51,760 bases of DNA from Thermodesulfobacteriota bacterium (GTDB taxonomy: Bacteria > Desulfobacterota > WTBG01 > JAGOGO01), in NCBI GenBank assembly GCA_035256645.1, contig DATEXU010000170.1, positions 1 through 51,760 of the forward strand, given 5' to 3'. Positions within the stretch are counted from its first letter, which is position 1. Each line of letters starts with the position of its first letter. Shown here piece by piece: positions 11,578-20,664 of this stretch. The notes under the pieces were generated by a model that made no database searches, was not told where the DNA came from, and worked only from the letters and a program-made list of their open reading frames with translations. Both the position numbers and the translations under genes were made by a program.

Positions 11578-12030
11578 CTACACGCTTCTTCCTAAGGCCT
11601 TTTGTGCCATTATCTGTCCTATGGCATCAACTTGTTGGTGAAGAGTTTTTTTGGTCTGCTCGGCTTCTTCGGCTATATTTCTCCTCATTTCTTCCAAAAA
11701 CCCTTGGGCTTCTTTTCTGGCCTTATCTATCGCGGCCTCTCTTTTTTCAGCTCCTTCTAAAATAAGTTTTCTTTTTAGTTCGAGCGCTTCTTTTCTGGCC
11801 TGGCGAAATTTTTCATTATACTGATCAAGGGTTTTTTCAGCTTTTTCCCCAACCTGGTCGGCTTGATTTAAAAATCCCTCGGTTCTTTCTTCTCGTTCCT
11901 GAAGGATTTTTAAAATAGGCTTAAAAAGAATCTTGTTAAGAAACCACAAGACCAATAGGAAGATAAGCCCTTGAATAACGAGCAAGCCCGGGACAATACC
12001 GATTCCTATAATGTTTACCGAAGAAAACAT
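11578..12030 (-). CDS. atpF2: Fo ATP synthase subunit b' (second b-type stalk subunit)
   Basis: The track ORF (11578..12153) runs through atpE. The internal ATG at 12030 (MFSSVNIIGIGIVPG...) lies directly after the atpE stop (12032-12034). That start gives one TM helix plus a coiled coil. Confidence 0.8.
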   Translation of the reverse strand: MFSSVNIIGIGIVPGLLVIQGLIFLLVLWFLNKILFKPILKILQEREERTEGFLNQADQVGEKAEKTLDQYNEKFRQARKEALELKRKLILEGAEKREAAIDKARKEAQGFLEEMRRNIAEEAEQTKKTLHQQVDAIGQIMAQKALGRSV

Positions 12031-12031
12031 A

Positions 12032-12361
12032 TTACATCTTCGTCCGGAGTAAGAACGCGATAACAAAAGCGTAAAGCACAAGGGATTCGATAAAAGCCAG
12101 CCCCAAGATATAGGGGACAAACATTTTATCAGCTGCACCAGGGTTTCGAGCAATGCCCTCTAAGGAAGAACCAGCAGCCCGGCCCTGACCAAGACCGCCG
12201 CCAAATGCCGCTAATCCAATTGCCAACCCAGCGCCAAGACCAATCAACCCCTTGGACATCGAACCATCGGCAGCACCCGCTGCTCCTTCTTCTGCAAATA
12301 CCGGTGAAGATATTAAAAGCATCAACCCTATTACCATAACCGCTGTTCTCCATTTTCTCAT
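12032..12361 (-). CDS. atpE: Fo ATP synthase subunit c with an N-terminal signal-peptide-like extension
   Basis: The C-terminal 75 aa form a canonical c hairpin (GLGAGLAIG...RNP...ion-binding Glu in AFIESL). They are preceded by MRKWRTAVMVIGLMLLISSPVFA/EEG. A strong GGAGG lies 10 nt upstream of the 12361 ATG. Confidence 0.9.
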   Translation of the reverse strand: MRKWRTAVMVIGLMLLISSPVFAEEGAAGAADGSMSKGLIGLGAGLAIGLAAFGGGLGQGRAAGSSLEGIARNPGAADKMFVPYILGLAFIESLVLYAFVIAFLLRTKM

Positions 12362-12391
12362 GACTTTCCAACCTCCTTTTTAAAAAAATTA

Positions 12392-13090
12392 TTAATGTTC
12401 ATGAGACACGGCCAACCCTATGTATACTGTTGAAAGCGTAGCAAACACAAATGCCTGAATGAGCGCTACCATTAAACCCAAAACCAAAAAAATGACCGGC
12501 ACAACCAACGGAACAAGCCCCGAAAAAATAGCCAACACCGCATGGTCGCCGGATATATTTCCATAAAGCCTAACCATAAGAGAAAACGGTCGAAAAAGAT
12601 GGCTGATAATCTCAATAACAAACATAAGCGGGGCCAGATAAATAAGCGGGCCGGCAAAATGTTTTAAATATTTTATCCCGTGTTCTTTAAACCCCTGGTA
12701 GTTATAATATAAAAAAACTATTATTGCGCATGCACCATTAGTATAAAGATTGCTGGTGGGGGGAAGAAAGCCGGGGATAAGCCCCAAGAGGTTGCAGAAA
12801 AGGATAAAAACAAACAGGCTTCCAATTAAAGGAAGATATTTTTCCGCATGGTGTCCGATAATATCCTTCATTATATTAACGGTGGCCTGGATGACTAATT
12901 CAAAGAAATTTTGGAAGGAAAGTTTTTTTGGGGGGATAAGCGGGTTGGGTGATTTTTTTATAGAATTAAAAACCTTTGCGGAGATAATAAAAAGGACGGC
13001 CGCAATAAAAATGGTAGTAAAAATAAGCTGTCTTTCTGGATCGTCGGCGATAAAGGGCAATAAAGAAAACCATGTAAAACCGTGTTCCAT
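12392..13090 (-). CDS. atpB: Fo ATP synthase subunit a
   Basis: 232 aa and polytopic, with the conserved Arg segment FSLMVRLYGNI. Confidence 0.92.
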   Translation of the reverse strand: MEHGFTWFSLLPFIADDPERQLIFTTIFIAAVLFIISAKVFNSIKKSPNPLIPPKKLSFQNFFELVIQATVNIMKDIIGHHAEKYLPLIGSLFVFILFCNLLGLIPGFLPPTSNLYTNGACAIIVFLYYNYQGFKEHGIKYLKHFAGPLIYLAPLMFVIEIISHLFRPFSLMVRLYGNISGDHAVLAIFSGLVPLVVPVIFLVLGLMVALIQAFVFATLSTVYIGLAVSHEH

Positions 13091-13187
13091 GGGGAGGTCC
13101 CGTTTATTTTAAAGTTGAATGAAAATTCATTCATTATGAAGGGGGTTGTTTATCATTATCAAAAATGGTTGTCAAGAATTTTTTGTT

Positions 13188-13355
13188 TTATTTCTCTGTG
13201 AGCGTTTTTTTATATTTCCTAACTATAAAAATTCCTGTATTTATTCCAGCAGCTATCCCTCCCACAAAAAAAATTATCGTTAGCCAAGGAAAGGTCTTAA
13301 AGTGATTATCGAGCCAATATCCAACCATAACCCCCCCCGCTAAAGCGGCGGCCAT
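13188..13355 (-). CDS. AtpZ/AtpR-like small membrane protein (ATPase_gene1 type); N-terminus uncertain
   Basis: Own translation, below the track cutoff: (KIKPQYLKQYGIFLALTFD)MAAALAGGVMVGYWLDNHFKTFPWLTIIFFVGGIAAGINTGIFIVRKYKKTLTEK. G.wLD....t.Pw.t......G is the family hallmark. The frame is open back to 13427, but the first canonical start is the ATG at 13355. Confidence 0.5.
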   Translation of the reverse strand: MAAALAGGVMVGYWLDNHFKTFPWLTIIFFVGGIAAGINTGIFIVRKYKKTLTEK

Positions 13356-13430
13356 GTCAAAGGTAAGAGCTAAAAATATCCCGTATTGTTTTAGATATTG
13401 AGGTTTGATTTTAAAAACGATAAAAAGAGA

Positions 13431-13817
13431 TTAATGATTGTTTGTTTTTTGCGAGGAAAAAATACTTTCAAAGCCAACAATTAAAAGAATTATTGAAAAA
13501 CTAACAATAAAGGCAAAAATACTTACTACTTCGTGGCTAACCAAAAAAAACAATGCTCCGAATAAAATAATTATTTTGATTATATATGTTATTACTACAG
13601 GTGTCTTGCGTGGGTTACTTTGTTGAAAAACCTTTTCTCCTATCTTGCTTAAAATAACAATATTTATCAACGAAAGCCCTCCTCCTATCAACACCCCAAA
13701 AAAAATCTTTTTTGATTCAAAAAACAAGCTTGCCGCTGCCAAAAAAAACAAAATAATCAACGCTCTTTTTTCCGATGCTATAAACTTCTTTTTGGTCGCT
13801 TCTTTTAGAGCCTCCAT
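13431..13817 (-). CDS. atpI: ATP synthase protein I (AtpI-like)
   Basis: 128 aa with four predicted TM helices (LIILFFLAAASLFF, GVLIGGGLSLINIVIL and others). It sits immediately upstream of the atp structural genes. Confidence 0.6.
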   Translation of the reverse strand: MEALKEATKKKFIASEKRALIILFFLAAASLFFESKKIFFGVLIGGGLSLINIVILSKIGEKVFQQSNPRKTPVVITYIIKIIILFGALFFLVSHEVVSIFAFIVSFSIILLIVGFESIFSSQKTNNH

Positions 13818-14966
13818 TTATTCTTTTATTTCCATCGGCATTATTACACAAGTGTATTCATCGCTATTTGGTGAGCTTATTATTACCGGACTGTCTTTGT
13901 CTTTTATTTTTATAACAACATCTTCTCCATCAATGGCGCTTATACTATCAACAAGATATCCCGCATTAAACCCAAGTTTAATATTTTCTCCATCATAAAA
14001 TATCGGGATAGTTTCTCTTCCTTCCCCAAAAATCGGGTTTTTGGTAAAAATCTCCAGTGTATCTTTGCCAAAAAACAGGTTAATTGCTTTTGATCGTTCT
14101 TCGGCAATAACGGAAATTCTTTTTAAAGAATTTAAAAAACGCAGCCTATTAATGGTGGCTTTGTTTTCTGTGGTTTCGGGTATTGCTTGTTTATAGTTTG
14201 GAAACTCTTCGTCAATAACTCTGATCGCCAACATCGTATTTTCTTTTTTAAATATACCATTATTCTGTTTTAAAAGAAAAAATAGATTTTGGGCGTCTAC
14301 ACTCTCCTCCAACATTTTTTTTAATTCCAAAAGACCTTTTTTGGGGAAAAGAACACCTTTTTCGAGCGACTCCATTGCTAAAATTTCTTGTTTATTAACT
14401 TCTTCGATTTCCCTATCAATCATTGATAGTCTGTGGCCATCGGTTGCGACCATCCTAAGCATGTCTTTTCCTGATCGGTTTGTTTTTTCAAAAAAAACCC
14501 CGTTTAGGTTGGCTCTTGTTTCGTCGTTTGAAGCGGCAAAAATCGTTTTTTCAATCATTTCTTTTATGTTTTTTTTGTTTATTTCCTGAAATTTTTCTTC
14601 CTCAAAAAAACTCATTTCGGGAAATTCCTTGGCGTCTAACCCCACAACATTAAAAAAAATATCGTCTGCGGTAATTTCTATCCAGTCATTTTCTTTTCTT
14701 TTAAAATAAATTTCTTTGTCCGGCATTTCTTTTATTATTTCAAAAGTTTTTTTGGCATCTATAACCATACTTCCTTTTTCAAAAACTTCAGCCTCTAAAA
14801 ACTCCTTTATGCTCACCTCTAAATTAGTAGCGTTTATTTCTACCCCATTTTTTTCCGCCCTTATAAGGACATTAGAAAGAATGGGTTTAATTTCTCTTCG
14901 CTCAATAATACCTTGGATTTTTTGAAGAGCCTTTAATAATTTCTTATGAGATATTTTAAATTTCAT
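13818..14966 (-). CDS. dnaN: DNA polymerase III beta sliding clamp
   Basis: 382 aa. MKFKISHKKLLKALQKIQGIIERREIKPILSNVLI...; three-domain length; C-terminal VIMPM. Confidence 0.9.
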   Translation of the reverse strand: MKFKISHKKLLKALQKIQGIIERREIKPILSNVLIRAEKNGVEINATNLEVSIKEFLEAEVFEKGSMVIDAKKTFEIIKEMPDKEIYFKRKENDWIEITADDIFFNVVGLDAKEFPEMSFFEEEKFQEINKKNIKEMIEKTIFAASNDETRANLNGVFFEKTNRSGKDMLRMVATDGHRLSMIDREIEEVNKQEILAMESLEKGVLFPKKGLLELKKMLEESVDAQNLFFLLKQNNGIFKKENTMLAIRVIDEEFPNYKQAIPETTENKATINRLRFLNSLKRISVIAEERSKAINLFFGKDTLEIFTKNPIFGEGRETIPIFYDGENIKLGFNAGYLVDSISAIDGEDVVIKIKDKDSPVIISSPNSDEYTCVIMPMEIKE

Positions 14967-15142
14967 ATTCTTTATTATTTTAAAATTATTGTTATAAAAG
15001 AGCTAAACATTTTTTAATATTAATTAAATAATAAACAAAGAGGAAGTTTTTTATTGTTGGTTTTTTGTTGAAAAAAAATTAATTAAATAACCTTATATCA
15101 CCGAAATTACTTTTTTTAAATAAATTTTATTTTCTATTAATC

Positions 15143-16258
15143 TTAAAAAATATGTTTTTGAATGTGTATATTAATCATCACCCCAACACAAAATAAAGAG
15201 ATCGAAAGCGAAGAACCACCGTAGCTAAAAAGCGGGAGTGTAATCCCGACCGTTGGCAACAAACCAAGGGTCATACCTACATTAATGATAATTTGCCAAA
15301 AAAATAAGGCAGTTATTCCACAACCAAGGAGCAACCCAAAACTATTTTTAGCAGAAGATGTGATAAATAAAAAACGAAAGAGTAAACCAATATAAAGAAA
15401 ACCCAAGACTAACGCTCCAGCAAAACCCCATTCTTCACAAAAAACCGAAAAAACAAAATCAGTATATTTTTCCGGAACAAAATCAAGCTGAGATTGTGTT
15501 CCTTTTAAATAACCTTTTCCAAAAAACTTTCCCGACCCAACCGCAATTTTGGATTGAATGACCTGATAGCCTTTTCCCAAAGGGTCTAAGGAAGGATTTA
15601 AAAAATGGACCACCCGGTCTTTTTGATAATCTTTTAATAAGTGATTCCACGAGAGGGGAAAAAAAAGAAACGCACAAAAAAACAAAATAAAGAGAGTTCG
15701 AAACCGAATTCTTACAAAAAAAACTAAAGAAAAAAAGATTAACACCAAGAGCAACGCAGACCCAAGGTCTGGCTGAAGAAAAATAAGAAAGAAAGGGATG
15801 ATCAAGAAGAAGCCGGGAATAAACAAAGAAGACAAACTAAAACCCCGTGGGTCAAACTTATTTTTAAACCACTTTGCCAAAACAATAATAAGGGAAAGCT
15901 TTATGAACTCGGACGGTTGAACATTAAAAAAACCAAGGGAAAGCCAACGCCGTGACCCAGAAATAAATTTACCCTGAAAAAGAACCAAAACAAGAAGAAA
16001 AATAATGAAAAAATAAAGGAAATAACCAAATTGCTCTAAATACGAATAGTTTAAAAAAGATCCCAAAAACAACAAAACAATCCCCAAAAAAAGCCAATAA
16101 ACCTGTTTTTTATAAACAGCCCCCACGGCGTGAACTGAAACGCTTGCGCTATAAAGATTAAAAATTCCAAAGCCCACAATCAATAGGGCAATAAAAAAAA
16201 GACTCAAATCAAAACGGGTAATCAAGCGCCGATCAAAAAGAAAAAAAGTGGAAAGCAT
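15143..16258 (-). CDS. rodA: rod shape-determining SEDS protein RodA
   Basis: 371 aa and polytopic. FQPSEF.K, DLGSALL, TDFVFSV..EE.GF and LP.TG..LPF.SYGGSS motifs. It follows mrdA. Confidence 0.9.
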   Translation of the reverse strand: MLSTFFLFDRRLITRFDLSLFFIALLIVGFGIFNLYSASVSVHAVGAVYKKQVYWLFLGIVLLFLGSFLNYSYLEQFGYFLYFFIIFLLVLVLFQGKFISGSRRWLSLGFFNVQPSEFIKLSLIIVLAKWFKNKFDPRGFSLSSLFIPGFFLIIPFFLIFLQPDLGSALLLVLIFFSLVFFVRIRFRTLFILFFCAFLFFPLSWNHLLKDYQKDRVVHFLNPSLDPLGKGYQVIQSKIAVGSGKFFGKGYLKGTQSQLDFVPEKYTDFVFSVFCEEWGFAGALVLGFLYIGLLFRFLFITSSAKNSFGLLLGCGITALFFWQIIINVGMTLGLLPTVGITLPLFSYGGSSLSISLFCVGVMINIHIQKHIF

Positions 16259-16260
16259 AT

Positions 16261-18075
16261 CTACAACCCTTTATTCTCGAGATAATATTTGATTATATCC
16301 CGGGCGATTGGAGCGGCGGCGACCGAACCAAAACCACCATGCTCAACCAGAACAACAACGGCTATTTGGGGATTGTTAAAGGGAGCAAAAGCAAAAAACC
16401 ACGCGTGGTCTTGCAAATAACTTGGCAGCTTAGAACGCACGTCTCCTGGAGGCAAGCCAACAACCTGGGCAGTCCCGGTTTTTCCCGCTATTTCTATCCC
16501 CGCCACCCGGGCAATCTTTGCGGTGCCATTTTCCCCTTGCACAACCCGCAAAAGAGATTCCCTGATAATATTAATAGACGCAAGCGAAATGGGCAGTCGA
16601 GGAACATCGTTGAACTTAAAATCTTTTAATATGGTTCCGCGTTCGTCTTCTAATTTTTTAACCAAAAAAGGAGTGTGCAACTTTCCCCCATTTGCAATGG
16701 CACTGATCAATACGAGCATTTGAAGAGGGGTGGCTACATAAAAACCCTGACCAATCGCGCAGGATAGCGTTTCCCCCTTTTGCCAGGGAATGTGGAAGGT
16801 CTTCTCTTTCCACTTGCTGGTGGGCACCAGCCCCTTTTTTTCGTTTTCTAAAATTAGGCCAGTGGGGCCCCCCAACCCAAATAATTTTGCATAATATGCC
16901 AAAGGGTCAACCCCGACCAAATGCCCAACTTGATAGAAATATACGTCACAGGATTGTTCTATGGCGTCAAAAAGATTTAAAGTTCCATGGCCGCCTTTTT
17001 TCCAACACCGATAAAGACGATTTCCGAAACTAAAAGAACCGTTGCAAAAAATCTTCGTATCTGGAGTTATTTTGCCCTCTTCCAGGCCTGCGATTGCGGT
17101 AACTATCTTAAATAAAGACCCAGGGGGATAAAGTCCCTGAATGCCCTTATTGGTAAGGGGATGAAAAGGGTTTTTTATTAACGCACCCCAGTCGCCAAAA
17201 GATATTCCCCGAGAAAAAAGGTTGGGGTCAAAAGAAGGGTGGCTTACAAAGGCCAAAATCTCGCCCGTATTTGGGTTCATGGCGATAACAGAGCCATTTT
17301 TTTCTCCTAATGCTTGATCCGCAAAACCCTGAAGGCCTAAATCAATAGTCAAAAAAAGGTCTTCCCCGGGAACAGGTTCGACTGAACCCAACATCCCCTT
17401 TTTTCTTCCCAGAGAATCGACCTCAAACTGAAGCCAACCAGGTCGCCCTTTAAGGGGATTTTCTAAAACTTTTTCTATTCCTGATTTACCTAAAAAATCA
17501 CCGGGGGTATAGCTTGAATATTCTGGCCGGGCCAGTTCAGACTCATTTATCTCACCCAAATAACCAAGGACATGGGCAAGATTTTCTTTTAAAGGGTAAT
17601 TTCGTTTTGGGAAAAACTCGACCACCACGTTGGGAAGGTCAAGTTTGTGGAATTCTATTCCGCTCAATTCTTTCCGGTTTACATCCAGCTTAATTTTTAT
17701 TGGTTTAAAACGAGGAAGATACAAAGAATTTTTTACCTTTTTTACAATCTCCTCTGGATCAAGATTTAAAATTTCACTCAGCAGGGGCAGGATCCCGTTT
17801 AGCTGCTTTATGCCCGAATACAAGAGAGAAACATCAAAAGAAGGTGTGTTGTTTGCGAGAACCCTGCCATTTCGATCATAAATTACGCCCCGAGGAGAAG
17901 GTATTTCTTGGATTTTGATCCGGTTGTTTTCAGAAAGATCAAAAAAATAATCCCCCTTTACCACCTGAAGATAAAAAAGCCGGACAAAAATTGTTAAAAA
18001 AGCCAGAAAAACAAAAAACTTTAAAAAGCCAAGCCGTCGCGAAAGGGCCTCGATTATTTCTTGATCAAAATCCAT
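16261..18075 (-). CDS. mrdA: penicillin-binding protein 2 (elongasome transpeptidase)
   Basis: 604 aa. It has a dimerisation domain plus a transpeptidase domain with the STFK-equivalent PGSLFK, and KTGTAQ. Confidence 0.92.
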   Translation of the reverse strand: MDFDQEIIEALSRRLGFLKFFVFLAFLTIFVRLFYLQVVKGDYFFDLSENNRIKIQEIPSPRGVIYDRNGRVLANNTPSFDVSLLYSGIKQLNGILPLLSEILNLDPEEIVKKVKNSLYLPRFKPIKIKLDVNRKELSGIEFHKLDLPNVVVEFFPKRNYPLKENLAHVLGYLGEINESELARPEYSSYTPGDFLGKSGIEKVLENPLKGRPGWLQFEVDSLGRKKGMLGSVEPVPGEDLFLTIDLGLQGFADQALGEKNGSVIAMNPNTGEILAFVSHPSFDPNLFSRGISFGDWGALIKNPFHPLTNKGIQGLYPPGSLFKIVTAIAGLEEGKITPDTKIFCNGSFSFGNRLYRCWKKGGHGTLNLFDAIEQSCDVYFYQVGHLVGVDPLAYYAKLFGLGGPTGLILENEKKGLVPTSKWKEKTFHIPWQKGETLSCAIGQGFYVATPLQMLVLISAIANGGKLHTPFLVKKLEDERGTILKDFKFNDVPRLPISLASINIIRESLLRVVQGENGTAKIARVAGIEIAGKTGTAQVVGLPPGDVRSKLPSYLQDHAWFFAFAPFNNPQIAVVVLVEHGGFGSVAAAPIARDIIKYYLENKGL

Positions 18076-18079
18076 AAGC

Positions 18080-18580
18080 CTACTTTGTCCGCCGTTCTTT
18101 TATAAACTTTTCAAATTTATTAACGAGAGGAAAAATCAGAAGAGATAATAAAAAAGTAAAAAAACCCTGCAACACAGAAGTCTTTAAAATGATCTCCAGG
18201 GTTCCCCAGTTTTTTTCCATCAGCCCAAACAACAGGTGAATTAAAAGAGAGTCTAATAAAAACAACAAGAGAACCACGCCCACCCAGAGGAGTTTGTTTT
18301 CTAAAAAAAACAATTTTTTGAGAATTTGAATAAAACAAAACAAAACCAACCTTAAAAACAAAAAAAGACCCACGATCCCCCCCGAAAACAAGTCCATGAG
18401 AAAACCAAGCCATATCACCAAAAAACAACCCTGAACCGGCTTTTGAAAAAGACATATATAAAGAGTGAGAGGGATGGTAAAGTCGGGCTTTATCGGGAAA
18501 AGATAGCAGTTTACTATCGGGTTCGTCTGTATAACTATACAGAAAAGTCCAAAGATGGCTAAAAAAAGAAACTCCCACAT
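18080..18580 (-). CDS. mreD: rod shape-determining protein MreD
   Basis: 166 aa hydrophobic protein between mreC and mrdA. Confidence 0.75.
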   Translation of the reverse strand: MWEFLFLAIFGLFCIVIQTNPIVNCYLFPIKPDFTIPLTLYICLFQKPVQGCFLVIWLGFLMDLFSGGIVGLFLFLRLVLFCFIQILKKLFFLENKLLWVGVVLLLFLLDSLLIHLLFGLMEKNWGTLEIILKTSVLQGFFTFLLSLLIFPLVNKFEKFIKERRTK

Positions 18581-18583
18581 AGA

Positions 18584-19405
18584 CTATGACGCCAGATCGA
18601 GGACAACAAAGACTTCTTCGGTTTTCTTAAAATTCACCATCGGCCGAATAATTACTTCTTGAAAGGCAGAAAGCTTATCCTTTTTTAGGGAGACGATTTT
18701 GCCCACAATAGTTCCTTTGGGGAAAAATCCTTCTAACCCAGAAGCTATTACCCAATCGCCCAAGCGAACATCTTCTGATCCCAGCACATATTTCATTTGG
18801 CAAAACCCTCCTCCAATGCCTTCCACCACTCCTTGAGTGCGAGTTCTTTGAATAAGAGCGTCCAAGGCAAAGCCTTGATCGATTAAAAGGAGGACCACGG
18901 AAAAAGAATCCGCCTCCCTTAAAATTCTTCCCACCGCGCCATCAGGACATAAAACCGCCATGCCCTTTTTTATCCCTTCGTTCCTCCCTTTGTTAATGGA
19001 GAAAGACTCGAAATACAACGAAGCATCAACTCCAACAACTTCAGCCACCGCCAGCTTATGGGGGTTATTTTTTTTAAACTCTAAAAGCTTCCGAAGCCTT
19101 TGATTTGCTAAGGCGGATTCCTGGAGAAGAACATTTTCTTGACGAAGCATTTTGATTTCTTGGTTTAATATTTGGTTTTTCTTTTCGGTTTCGATCAAAA
19201 AAACATACCGCTCCCAAACATGAACAGGAAAAGAAAAAACCGTGTTTATAGTTTTCTGGAAATAAGAAACCACAGAAAACGCCCCGGGTTCTATAAAGCG
19301 GAAACCCGGAGGACGCTTTAAGTTATAGAAAAAATAGAGAGAAACAGCCAATAAAACCAAGAAGACAAAAAAGGGGAAACCATACTTTCGAGAAAAAATT
19401 GACAT
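18584..19405 (-). CDS. mreC: rod shape-determining protein MreC
   Basis: 273 aa with an N-terminal TM helix, a coiled coil (LRQENVLLQE) and beta-barrel domains (G...GMAV....G.VG.I). Confidence 0.88.
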   Translation of the reverse strand: MSIFSRKYGFPFFVFLVLLAVSLYFFYNLKRPPGFRFIEPGAFSVVSYFQKTINTVFSFPVHVWERYVFLIETEKKNQILNQEIKMLRQENVLLQESALANQRLRKLLEFKKNNPHKLAVAEVVGVDASLYFESFSINKGRNEGIKKGMAVLCPDGAVGRILREADSFSVVLLLIDQGFALDALIQRTRTQGVVEGIGGGFCQMKYVLGSEDVRLGDWVIASGLEGFFPKGTIVGKIVSLKKDKLSAFQEVIIRPMVNFKKTEEVFVVLDLAS

Positions 19406-19434
19406 AACAGGAAAAACTTCCCGGGAGGTGATGT

Positions 19435-20535
<1,101 letters not shown>

Positions 20536-20664
20536 CTAATGCTTAACAGAACCCTTGATTTTTTTCAAGAAAATAATAGAGAGAATTTTTTTGTATTAAA
20601 GTAATTATAATGGTAAAAAAGAAAACGGTTGGAAAGGATTATTACCAAAGAAAGGACAAACGCG

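Noticed and set aside
11578-12153. A 191-aa form of the b' subunit, and the 12129..12371 ORF overlapping atpE.
   Set aside because: The N-terminal 41 codons of the long form read through the atpE coding region in another frame. The ATG at 12030, right after the atpE stop, gives a normal b-type subunit.
14967-15142. The AT-rich gap upstream of dnaN as a replication origin.
   Set aside because: No DnaA-box-like 9-mers were seen on either strand and dnaA is absent from the window. AT-richness alone is not enough in an AT-rich segment.
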